DNA of 64,000 nt from contig CANRIN010000001.1 of NCBI GenBank assembly GCA_947630675.1, positions 5,361-69,360 on the forward strand, given 5' to 3'. The stretch is from an uncultured Clostridia bacterium. Lineage in GTDB: Bacteria > Bacillota > Clostridia > Oscillospirales > JAAYOS01. A program made the position numbers and the translations under genes. The notes beneath the pieces were generated by a model. That model saw only the letters and a program-made list of their open reading frames with translations, ran no database searches and was not told the origin of the DNA. Within the stretch, counting starts at the first letter, position 1; each line of letters starts with the position of its first letter. Positions 7,439 to 15,509 of the stretch are shown here, piece after piece.

Positions 7439-8287
7439 TTGTACAGGATAGTTACGAAAAAGGTTCTCAATCCCTCGGTCACGCAGATGGAGATCGAGGC
7501 TCCGCTCGTCGCGCGGAAGGCGCGGGCGGGACAGTTCATCATCCTGCGCGTGGACGACGAGGGCGAGCGCATCCCGCTCACCGTTGCGGGCTGCGACGCG
7601 GGGCGCGGCACGGTGAAGATAATCTTCCAGATAGTCGGCGCGACGACGGCGCTGCTCGGCGCGAAAAACGAGGGCGAGTACATAAGCGACTTTGTGGGCC
7701 CGCTCGGCCGCGCGACCGAGACCGAGGGCGTAAAGAAGGTCTGCGTCGTGGGTGGCGGCGTCGGCTGTGCGATAGCGATGCCGGCGGCGCAGGAGTTCAG
7801 GCGCCTCGGCGCGGAGGTGACGAGCATCATCGGCTTCCGCTCGAAGGACCTCGTCATACTCACCGACGAGTTTGAGGCCTGCTCGGACAGAATGATACTC
7901 ATGACCGACGACGGCAGCGCCGGCCGGCACGGGAACGTCACCGTCCCGCTGAAAGAGCTGCTCGAGAGCGGCGAGCGCTTTGACCGGATACTTGCCATCG
8001 GCCCGCTCGTAATGATGAAATTCGTCGCCGAGGCGGCGCGCCCGTTCGGCGTCCCGGTCGTAGTGTCGATGAACCCGATAATGATAGACGGCACGGGGAT
8101 GTGCGGCGGCTGCCGCCTCTCGCTCGTGCATGAAGGCAAGCGAATAACGAAGTTCGCGTGCGTGGACGGCCCGGAGTTTGACGGCTACGAGGTCGATTTC
8201 GACGAGGCTATGACGCGCGGCAGGATGTATTCCGAGTTCGAGCGGCACGCATACGAGGAGACCTGCCGGCTGCTCGGCAGAGCTTGA
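7439..8287 (+). CDS. nfnA: FNR-like FAD/NAD-binding [2Fe-2S] subunit (NfnA type; sulfide/dihydroorotate dehydrogenase-like)
   Basis: TTG start. GQFIILRV, GPLG and VGGGVGCA motifs. C-terminal GTGMCGGCR cluster motif. Paired with a GltD-like gene. Confidence 0.75.
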   Translation: MYRIVTKKVLNPSVTQMEIEAPLVARKARAGQFIILRVDDEGERIPLTVAGCDAGRGTVKIIFQIVGATTALLGAKNEGEYISDFVGPLGRATETEGVKKVCVVGGGVGCAIAMPAAQEFRRLGAEVTSIIGFRSKDLVILTDEFEACSDRMILMTDDGSAGRHGNVTVPLKELLESGERFDRILAIGPLVMMKFVAEAARPFGVPVVVSMNPIMIDGTGMCGGCRLSLVHEGKRITKFACVDGPEFDGYEVDFDEAMTRGRMYSEFERHAYEETCRLLGRA

Positions 8288-8300
8288 GGAGGCGCAGAAG

Positions 8301-9710
8301 ATGGCGATACAGCAGAAAAAGCATGAGATGCCGACGCAGGCCCCGTCGGTGCGCGCGCATAATTTCGATGAGGTCGCGCTCGGTTACACCGAGGATATCG
8401 CAGTCGAGGAGGCGCAGCGCTGCCTGAATTGCAAAAACCGTCCCTGCGTGGAGGGCTGCCCCGTCCGCATAGACATCCCGGACTTCATAGCGAAGGTAAA
8501 GGAGCGCGACTTCGAGGGCGCTTACGGCGTGATAAGCAAAAGCTCGTCGCTCCCGGCGGTCTGCGGACGCGTCTGTCCGCAGGAGACCCAGTGCGAGAGC
8601 AAATGCACCCTCGGGATACGCTTCGAGCCGGTCGGCATCGGCCGCCTCGAGCGCTTCGTCGCGGACAGGCACAACGAGAGCGCGCCCGCCGCGCCGGAGC
8701 GCCCCGCCCCGAACGGGCACCGCGTCGCGATAGTCGGCTCCGGGCCATCCGGTCTCACCTGCGCCGGCGACCTCGCGCGCGCGGGGTACGAGGTCACGGT
8801 CTACGAGGCGCTGCATACCGCCGGAGGCGTCCTCGTCTACGGCATACCCGAGTTCCGTCTGCCCAAAAGGATAGTCGCAAAGGAGGTCGAGGGCCTGAAG
8901 GCGCTCGGCGTGAAGGTCGAGACGAACGTCGTCATCGGCAGGACGCTCACGATAGACGAGCTCTTCGACACGGGCTTCGAGGCGGTGTTCATCGGCTCGG
9001 GCGCGGGACTGCCGAACTTCATGGGCATACCCGGCGAGAGCCTTGTGGGCGTGTACTCCGCAAACGAATTCCTAACCCGCAGCAATCTTATGAAGGCGTA
9101 CCGCGAGAGCCCGACGACGCCGATAATGAAGGGCGGGCGCGTCGCCGTCGTGGGCGGCGGCAACGTCGCGATGGACGCGGCGCGGACGGCGCTCCGCCTC
9201 GGCGCGGAGAAGGTGTACATAGTCTACCGCCGCTCGATGGAGGAGCTGCCCGCGCGGCGCGAGGAGGTCGAGCACGCCGAGGAGGAGGGCATTGACTTCC
9301 GCCTTCTCAACAACCCGGTCGAGATACTCGGCTACACCAACCCAGACGACCTGCGCGACCCAAAGAACGGCTCGGTCATCGGCATGCGCTGCATACGGAT
9401 GGAGCTCGGCGAGCCGGACGCGAGCGGACGCCGCCGCCCGGTCGAGATACCCGGCTCGGAGTTCGTCCTCGACGTCGACACTGTGGTGATGGCGATAGGC
9501 ACCTCTCCGAACCCGCTGATAAAGGACACCACCGACGGGCTCGAGGTGAACCGCAGGGGCGGCATAATCGTGAACGAGGACGGACTCACATCCCGCTCGG
9601 CCGTCTACGCCGGCGGGGACGACGTCACAGGCGCCGCGACCGTCATATCCGCGATGGGCGCGGGCAAGACCGCCGCGCGTGCGATAGACGCATATCTCTC
9701 GGGGAAATGA
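8301..9710 (+). CDS. nfnB: NADPH-dependent GltD-like oxidoreductase subunit (NfnB / glutamate synthase small-chain type)
   Basis: CLNCKNRPC and CPQETQCESKC Fe-S motifs. VAIVGSGPSGLTCA and VAVVGGGNVAMD dinucleotide folds. Confidence 0.85.
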   Translation: MAIQQKKHEMPTQAPSVRAHNFDEVALGYTEDIAVEEAQRCLNCKNRPCVEGCPVRIDIPDFIAKVKERDFEGAYGVISKSSSLPAVCGRVCPQETQCESKCTLGIRFEPVGIGRLERFVADRHNESAPAAPERPAPNGHRVAIVGSGPSGLTCAGDLARAGYEVTVYEALHTAGGVLVYGIPEFRLPKRIVAKEVEGLKALGVKVETNVVIGRTLTIDELFDTGFEAVFIGSGAGLPNFMGIPGESLVGVYSANEFLTRSNLMKAYRESPTTPIMKGGRVAVVGGGNVAMDAARTALRLGAEKVYIVYRRSMEELPARREEVEHAEEEGIDFRLLNNPVEILGYTNPDDLRDPKNGSVIGMRCIRMELGEPDASGRRRPVEIPGSEFVLDVDTVVMAIGTSPNPLIKDTTDGLEVNRRGGIIVNEDGLTSRSAVYAGGDDVTGAATVISAMGAGKTAARAIDAYLSGK

Positions 9711-9720
9711 TCCGAAAGGG

Positions 9721-9749
9721 TTGAATCACCGCGAAATAAAGTATATAAT
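9721..9749 (+). promoter_or_regulatory. Promoter of the yegP-like gene
   Basis: TTGAAT, 17 nt spacer, TATAAT. Confidence 0.6.
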
Positions 9750-9794
9750 GTAAGTTAAGCAAGCGGACATATTTTAAATTGGGAGGAACAGAAA

Positions 9795-10163
9795 ATGGGC
9801 AAGTTTGTTATCCGTACCGTCCCGAGCGGGATAAAGTTCGACCTCAAGGCCACAAACGGCCAGGTCATCGCGACGAGCGAGGTCTACTCGAGCGAAAGCG
9901 CCTGCCGCAACGGTATAGAGTCGGTGCAGAAGAACGCTCCGATAGCGGAGATCGAGGATCAGACCGTCGCGGGATACGAGACCAAGACCAACCCGAAGTT
10001 CGAGGTCTATGAGGACAAGGCGGGCGAGATCCGCTTCCGCCTCACCGCGCGCAACGGCCAGATAATCGCGACGAGCGAGGGTTACAAGGCTATGGCGAGC
10101 TGCATGAACGGAATCGAGTCTGTGAAGAAGAACGCTCCCGAGGCCGAGATAGTCGAGGAGTAA
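9795..10163 (+). CDS. YegP-family (DUF1508) protein, two tandem repeats
   Basis: FxLKAxNGQVIATSEVY...C..GIESVxKNAP appears twice. Confidence 0.85.
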   Translation: MGKFVIRTVPSGIKFDLKATNGQVIATSEVYSSESACRNGIESVQKNAPIAEIEDQTVAGYETKTNPKFEVYEDKAGEIRFRLTARNGQIIATSEGYKAMASCMNGIESVKKNAPEAEIVEE

Positions 10164-10200
10164 AAACTTCGGAGACAGCACCGCGCATACATTGTAGAGA

Positions 10201-10235
10201 AAAAGTATGGAGGCCGACGGCCTCCATACTTTTTG
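10201..10235. terminator. Bidirectional terminator
   Basis: AAAAGTATGGAGGCC-GAC-GGCCTCCATACTTTTT, flanked by A and T runs, between convergent genes. Confidence 0.8.
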
Positions 10236-10287
10236 CACATTCGATATACTTTAAGTTGTATCGACAGATAATTATACTATTCGACGA

Positions 10288-12624
10288 CTATTTCGCGGCT
10301 ATCGTCACCGACGCGCTCTTCTCGCCGTCCGAGACGGTGAGGGTGAGCGGAGCGCCGTTCGAGCGCACGACGGCGAGCGCACGTCCGTAGAAGGTCGTAT
10401 AGCTGCCGGTGTGGAACTGCTCCTCGGTGCACGGGTTCGCACTGCCGAACGCGAGCAGCTCGCCGCCCTCGACCGACGCGTGCAGCAGGCGGTCGGCGTT
10501 CATCTCCGCTATGCCGTTTTCACCCACGAGCGTCACCGGGACGTAGCCTATCTCGCCCGCCGCGAGCGCCGCGTCCTCCGGACTGAGCGCTATCGAAATA
10601 TCGCCCTCAGAGCTTATGAGGCAGCCGCGCCCGGCCTCGCTGCCGTCGGCGTTGTAGGAGACGGCCTCGAGCTTTCCGGGGACGTACTTTATGTTGAATA
10701 TCGCCATGCACTCGGCGACGGGCTTTCTCCCGAGGCTCTCGCCGTTCAGGAAAAGCTCGACCTCGGCGGCGTTCGAGTAGACCTCGACCTCAGCGTCGTT
10801 CCCGTCACAGCCGCGCCAGCTCCAGCTCTCCATGGCGTTGGTGCCGCGCCAGACCGAGCGGGTCACCTTAACGCCGGGGTGATTTACCGGTTTCACCGAG
10901 AGAACCGGTTCGTGCGCCGAGCCCCAGACCGTCTCCGCATAGCGGCAGGAGGCGTCCGGGTCGCCGAGGATGTCGATAGCGCCGGAGCCCGCCATGAACC
11001 ACGGGTGCGGGCGGTTGAACGGCATGGCTCCGTCGTAGCTCCACGCGCCTATGCCGGCCTCGCCGAGGTAGTCCCAGGACACCCACATGAAGTCGCCGAT
11101 GAGGTAGGGGTACTTCTTCACCATCTCCCAGTTCTTCCATATATCCTGCGGGAAGGTCTCGCTGCCGACGATGACGCGCTTCGGGTGCGCCTCGCCCTCG
11201 AGCGGATAGCGCCCGGAGGCGTAGTTGTAGCCCGCGATGTCGAGACAGTCGAGGAAGGGGCTCGTGAGCGCGTCCACCTCGGGCGCGACGGCGGCGTTGT
11301 TCATGCCGGCGCCTATCTGCGAGACCATCTCGTTGAAATCGGCGCTCGTGTTCGTCGGGTCGCCGCCGCCGGTGGCGGGGGCGCTCTCGCCGTCGTTGTA
11401 GATGCCCTTTCCGGCGGCAGCGGCGGCCATTATCATGAGGTTTGCGCCGCAGGTGACCGGGCGGCTCGGGTCGAGCGAATGTATGAAGTCTACGAGCGCC
11501 CTGCCGGTGGCGACGCCCTTCTCCTCCGCAGGCTCGCTCACCTCGTTGCCGATAGAGTAGAGGACGACCGACGGGTGGTTGTAGTCGCGCTCGACCATCA
11601 TCCTGACGTCGCGCTGCCACCACTCCGGGAAGTCGTTGCCGTAGTCGTTCTTTGTCTTGCGGCTGTACCACATGTCGAAGGTCTCGTCCATGAGGTACAT
11701 CCCGAGCTCGTCGCACGCCTCGACTATCGCGCGGGACGTCGGGTTGTGGGCCGAGCGTATTGCGTTGAAGCCGTTGGCCTTGAGTATCTCCACGCGGCGG
11801 CGGTCGCTCTTCGGGAAGGACGCCGCGCCGAGGATGCCGTTGTCGTGGTGGATGCAGCCGCCGCGCAGCAGCGTCTCCTCGCCGTTGACAAAGAAGCCGT
11901 TCGGACCCCACTTGAGCTCGCGGATGCCGAAACGCTCGCAGACGGTGTCGGTGACGTCGCCGTTCTCGCGGAGGGTGACACGGCAGGTGTAGAGGTTCGG
12001 CGTCTCCGCGCTCCAAAGCTTTGCGGAGGGAACGGTGATGCCGACCGATGCGCCCGTGCCCCCGGCGATGACGGTGTCTCCGTCAAGAATCTCGACCGTT
12101 ATATCGCCGCGGGTCGCGGCGGTGTCCACGCGGATGCGCGCGGGTGATATCCCGAGCGTCGTTATCTTCACGCCGTTCCGCTCGATGCGGCTCTCGCCGC
12201 CGACGTAGAGCCATACCGGGCGGTATATGCCCGAGCCGGTGTACCAGCGGGAGTTCGGCAGCTTCGAGTTGTCCGCCGTGACGGTGAGGGTGTTCTTTTC
12301 GCCTATCTTCAGCCCGTCGAGCGGCACCGCAAACGAGGTGTAGCCGTAGGGGTGGAACGTGAGCTCCCGCCCGTTCAGCGCGACCGTCGCGTTCTTGTAG
12401 ACGCCCTCGAACTCGACCTCGACGCGCTGCCCGCGCCAGTCCTCCGGCGCATCGAATGTCTTCTCGTAGACGTACACGCCGCCGGGGAAGTAGCCGTGGC
12501 CGCCGTCCGAGACAGACGGGTCGCGCGTCTCGAGGATCTGTGCGTCGTGCGGCAGGGTGACCGGCGCGGGCGTTCCGCCCTGCTTTGCAAATGTCCATCC
12601 GCCGCAGAAATCGAACCGTTTCAT
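10288..12624 (-). CDS. Glycoside hydrolase family 2 (beta-galactosidase/beta-glucuronidase type)
   Basis: AGGAGGA RBS before ATG 12624 (ORF track opens at 12648). NAIRSAHNP and SIGNEV catalytic regions. Confidence 0.9.
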   Translation of the reverse strand: MKRFDFCGGWTFAKQGGTPAPVTLPHDAQILETRDPSVSDGGHGYFPGGVYVYEKTFDAPEDWRGQRVEVEFEGVYKNATVALNGRELTFHPYGYTSFAVPLDGLKIGEKNTLTVTADNSKLPNSRWYTGSGIYRPVWLYVGGESRIERNGVKITTLGISPARIRVDTAATRGDITVEILDGDTVIAGGTGASVGITVPSAKLWSAETPNLYTCRVTLRENGDVTDTVCERFGIRELKWGPNGFFVNGEETLLRGGCIHHDNGILGAASFPKSDRRRVEILKANGFNAIRSAHNPTSRAIVEACDELGMYLMDETFDMWYSRKTKNDYGNDFPEWWQRDVRMMVERDYNHPSVVLYSIGNEVSEPAEEKGVATGRALVDFIHSLDPSRPVTCGANLMIMAAAAAGKGIYNDGESAPATGGGDPTNTSADFNEMVSQIGAGMNNAAVAPEVDALTSPFLDCLDIAGYNYASGRYPLEGEAHPKRVIVGSETFPQDIWKNWEMVKKYPYLIGDFMWVSWDYLGEAGIGAWSYDGAMPFNRPHPWFMAGSGAIDILGDPDASCRYAETVWGSAHEPVLSVKPVNHPGVKVTRSVWRGTNAMESWSWRGCDGNDAEVEVYSNAAEVELFLNGESLGRKPVAECMAIFNIKYVPGKLEAVSYNADGSEAGRGCLISSEGDISIALSPEDAALAAGEIGYVPVTLVGENGIAEMNADRLLHASVEGGELLAFGSANPCTEEQFHTGSYTTFYGRALAVVRSNGAPLTLTVSDGEKSASVTIAAK

Positions 12625-12782
12625 CTGTATCTCCTCCTTGTGCAGCAATAGTAAAGCCTTGAGCCTGTGCTTACGGTATCTCTGATAATATCATACCAAA
12701 ATCCGGGGCGGATTTCCATATCAAAACAACGAAAAACTGTTGCTTTAATGGCGCGCCCGTTCGGCAGCGCGCGAAATTTCTC

Positions 12783-12811
12783 TTGTCATGCGCGCCGGGC
12801 GGGTCTATAAT
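12783..12811 (+). promoter_or_regulatory. Promoter of the thioesterase gene
   Basis: TTGTCA, 17 nt spacer, TATAAT. Confidence 0.6.
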
Positions 12812-12844
12812 GTATGGTGTATTCAGGCATACATCGGAGGCAAA

Positions 12845-13585
12845 ATGATTTACGAGGATTATTTTGAGAAGGACTACATCGCCACTATGGGCAGCACTGA
12901 CTACTTCGGACGGCTCAAGCCCTCGGCGCTCATGATGTTCATAGAAAACGTCGCGGTGGAGCACGTCTCGGGGCTCGGCTTCGACTGGGACTATACGACG
13001 CGGGAGCTCCACGCGGCGTGGATAATCGTCCGCACCCGCGTTGCGCTGAAGCGTCCTCCGCTCTATGGCGAGACTTTGCGCCTGCGGACGTGGGCGGCGA
13101 CGCCTAAGAACGCCTACTTTCCCAGAGAGACCGAGATCTTCGCGGACGACGGGAGCATCGGCGAGGCGAGCGCCGTCTGGGTGCTGGCGGACGTCGACAC
13201 GAGGAAGATACTTCCGCCGGCAAAGTTCTATGAGATAACCGGATTTAAGCATCGGGGCGACCCGCGCTTCGAGGCGCCGGCGAGGATACCGCACGACCTG
13301 GAGTACCGGAACGCGGAGAGCTTTGCCGTCCGCTACAGCGACCTCGACATGAACCGCCACGTCCACAACACGCGGTATATCGACATGGCGGAGGATCACC
13401 TCGCGGTCGAGCGCGAGCCGAACCTATGGGTGAAGGGGATAAACATAAGCTACGCGGCGGAGACCCGCGAAGGCGAGACGCTTGTTCTCACCGACGCGGG
13501 AGAGGGAATGCACCGCTTCGTCAAGGGTACCGACCCGAACGGAAAGAGGAAGTTCGACCTGGAGCTTTTGTTTGACAGGATCTGA
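12845..13585 (+). CDS. Acyl-ACP thioesterase
   Basis: GGAGG RBS before ATG 12845. Double hotdog layout, with DLDMNRHVHNTRYI in the second half. Confidence 0.8.
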   Translation: MIYEDYFEKDYIATMGSTDYFGRLKPSALMMFIENVAVEHVSGLGFDWDYTTRELHAAWIIVRTRVALKRPPLYGETLRLRTWAATPKNAYFPRETEIFADDGSIGEASAVWVLADVDTRKILPPAKFYEITGFKHRGDPRFEAPARIPHDLEYRNAESFAVRYSDLDMNRHVHNTRYIDMAEDHLAVEREPNLWVKGINISYAAETREGETLVLTDAGEGMHRFVKGTDPNGKRKFDLELLFDRI

Positions 13586-13594
13586 GGTGCGGAA

Positions 13595-13894
13595 ATGGAT
13601 GAGCTGAAGGAAGTCCTCGCGGAGGTGCGCCGCATATCGCGCGCGGAGCGGCTGATAGTCTACGGCCTCAAGCGCGAGGGTGCGAGGGAGCGGATATGCG
13701 GCGTGAAGGTATGCGTCGTGGCGGACACGCGGGACAAGGACGCGCTTGAAAGGGAGCTGTACCTTGGCATAGACGGAGACGTCGCGCTCGACGTCCTCGT
13801 CTACACTCCGTCGGAGTGGGAGACGCTGCTGCGCGACCCGCAGTCCTACGCGAGCCGGATAGCCGAGAAGGGACGCGAGTATGTCGAGGCGTAA
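13595..13894 (+). CDS. Minimal nucleotidyltransferase (MNT)-fold protein, partner of HEPN
   Basis: About 99 aa with a DVLVYTPSEWE C-terminal motif. It overlaps the downstream HEPN gene by 14 nt. The GS...DxD catalytic motif is not recognisable. Confidence 0.7.
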   Translation: MDELKEVLAEVRRISRAERLIVYGLKREGARERICGVKVCVVADTRDKDALERELYLGIDGDVALDVLVYTPSEWETLLRDPQSYASRIAEKGREYVEA

Positions 13895-14354
13895 CACCGG
13901 CACAAACGACAGCCGTCGCTACTACGAATGGCTCGACCACGCCGAGACCGATCTTCGTGCGGCGAGGATACTGCGCGGCGTCGGAGCGGACGGCAGGACG
14001 GTCGTGTACCACTGTCACCAGGCGCTCGAAAAGAGCTTCAAGTGCTTCCTGCTCTTTCGGAACGGACGGCATGTCGACGGACACAACATCACCTTCCTCT
14101 CGCGTCAGGCGGCGCGCGCGGACAGAGGCTTTTCCAAGTTTGTGGACAGGACGCCGCCGTTCAACCGCTACTATATCGAGACGCGATACCCCACCGACCT
14201 GCCTTTCGAGATAGGCGAGCGTGAGCTTGAACAGGCGTTTTCGCTTGCGGAGGAGGTCTACGGCGCGGTCGCGCGCGCTGTCATGTACGAGATAAAGGAC
14301 GACATTGACGAGGACGAGGAGCGTGCCGCGCGCCGGGACGAAGCCGATTTGTAG
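13881..14354 (+). CDS. HEPN domain protein
   Basis: The YYIETRYPTD motif is typical of HEPN (PF05168-type) proteins paired with MNT. Confidence 0.8.
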   Translation: MSRRNTGTNDSRRYYEWLDHAETDLRAARILRGVGADGRTVVYHCHQALEKSFKCFLLFRNGRHVDGHNITFLSRQAARADRGFSKFVDRTPPFNRYYIETRYPTDLPFEIGERELEQAFSLAEEVYGAVARAVMYEIKDDIDEDEERAARRDEADL

Positions 14355-14394
14355 AAGACATCGAGCGGTCGCGACGAAGCCGGACACTGATATG

Positions 14395-14785
14395 ACTTCC
14401 ATGTGCGAAGTTAGCGGCTTTGCCGCTAACTTCGACCGCTGCAAACAGCGAAAGCGCGAACCAATTCTTCATCCTACACTCTACTGCTTTCGCCGGTAAT
14501 ATTCGCTCCGCGAATATTGCCCGACATTGAGCTCATTGTAGGACGGAGCGGCGCAACCAAGCCTCGCAGAGTTTCGCCGCGTAAGCGGCGAAATAGATTC
14601 AAATCATTTTCGGCGGCGGCGTGTACGTCGCCGAAAATACCTCTCGCGGAGCGTGCGTCGAAGACGGCGAAGCCGTCGAGGCGCGTAGCGGAGCGCCTGC
14701 CGTCGGCAGAGCTTCGCTCTGTCCGACGGCCTCGCGGCAAATTGGTAAGCGAGCGAAGCGAGCGCGATTTGCCGCGAGTCGCGAG
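14395..14785 (+). repeat. Modular hairpin repeat, locus 2 (partial type-C hairpin plus full core element)
   Basis: Hairpins at 14407-14433, 14572-14593 (M1), 14606-14638 (M2), 14663-14677 (M3), 14699-14730 (M4) and 14731-14778. Confidence 0.85.
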
Positions 14786-14787
14786 AT

Positions 14788-14819
14788 AGAAAAAACCGGA
14801 AAGCATAAGCTTTCCGGTT
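14788..14819 (-). terminator. rpmB terminator
   Basis: AACCGGAAAGC-loop-GCTTTCCGGTT followed by TTTTTT on the minus strand. Confidence 0.8.
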
Positions 14820-14840
14820 CCGGTCTCTACCTATCACCCG

Positions 14841-15029
14841 TTATATCGCGCGGGTGACCTTGCCCGAGCGGAGGCACCGCGTGCAAGCGTAGACGTGGCA
14901 AGGCTTGCCGTCAACTATAGCCTTAACGCGCTTGACATTCGGCTTCCACATACGATTGGTACGGCGATGCGAGTGGCTGACGTTTATTCCGAACGTCACA
15001 CCCTTGCCGCAGAACTGACACTTGGCCAT
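14841..15029 (-). CDS. rpmB: 50S ribosomal protein L28
   Basis: MAKCQFCGKGVTFGINVSHSHRRTNRMWKPNV with a GGAGG RBS. Confidence 0.95.
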   Translation of the reverse strand: MAKCQFCGKGVTFGINVSHSHRRTNRMWKPNVKRVKAIVDGKPCHVYACTRCLRSGKVTRAI

Positions 15030-15210
15030 TCTTTGCACCTCCCAAGAAGTAATAAAAGTACCATATCCGACGCCCTCGGGAGGGCGTGAAACGGCAAATT
15101 AGGGGCGCCGTGCATCGGCGCAGATAATATAATATCAGAAAGCTGTGAAAATTGCAAGGGCTTTTTCAAAAAAATCCGAATATATTCGCAGCTTCATGCG
15201 GAAACGCTTG

Positions 15211-15239
15211 TGGACTTTGCCGCGCGCGTGTGATATAAT
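15211..15239 (+). promoter_or_regulatory. Candidate promoter with extended -10
   Basis: TGGACT, 17 nt spacer, TGaTATAAT. Confidence 0.4.
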
Positions 15240-15455
15240 AGTCGCGGCAAATCGCAGCCGCGCGCTCCGAGAGAGGAGCTTTTCCGACATACCGCCGTCG
15301 GAAAAACACATTGAAATTTGTTTTGCGCCCTTAGAGCCCTCCGGTAGGTATAAAGTCTGGCTTGCGGCGCTCTTCGCCGAAAGCGGATGCGCCCGGCAGA
15401 AAGTGCCGACACGGAACGAGCTGCACAGCTCTCTTGCCGCGATCATATATTTCCG
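15235..15455 (-). repeat. Modular hairpin repeat, locus 3 (type-B module plus 5' half of core, inverted)
   Basis: The reverse complement contains TTTTCCGAC-GGCGGTAT-GTCGGAAAA (an M2 variant), the CTCCTCTCTCGGAGCGCGC linker, and CCGGGCGCATC from the type-B module. Confidence 0.7.
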
Positions 15456-15509
15456 AAAACATAAATCGACCCGTCAATAGATAAATAGACAGATATAAAG
15501 GAGATAAAC

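Noticed and set aside
10411-12147. Long ORFs antisense to well-supported genes. Examples: 10411-12147, 6884-8248, 15522-17297, 19907-21883, 24532-25842, 39322-40605, 40050-41510, 44726-46222, 60385-61794, 62398-63780.
   Set aside because: Each lies opposite a gene with clear family motifs. Their products are Arg/Ala/Gly/Pro-rich and low in complexity, with no RBS. This is typical of stop-codon-poor shadow frames in GC-rich DNA.
14395-14785. Possible CRISPR array, suggested by the clustered short palindromic repeats (also at 50765-51215 and 57300-57690).
   Set aside because: There are no identical direct repeats at constant spacing. The modules are heterogeneous hairpins, the copies are dispersed in both orientations, and no cas genes are in the window.
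15240-15450. A stand-alone structured ncRNA (riboswitch or 6S-like), suggested by the closing helix TCGCGGCAA/TTGCCGCGA and the internal hairpins.
   Set aside because: The interior aligns with the dispersed repeat modules (M2 variant, linker, type-B piece), so it is better explained as another copy of the repeat family. No known riboswitch core motifs were seen.
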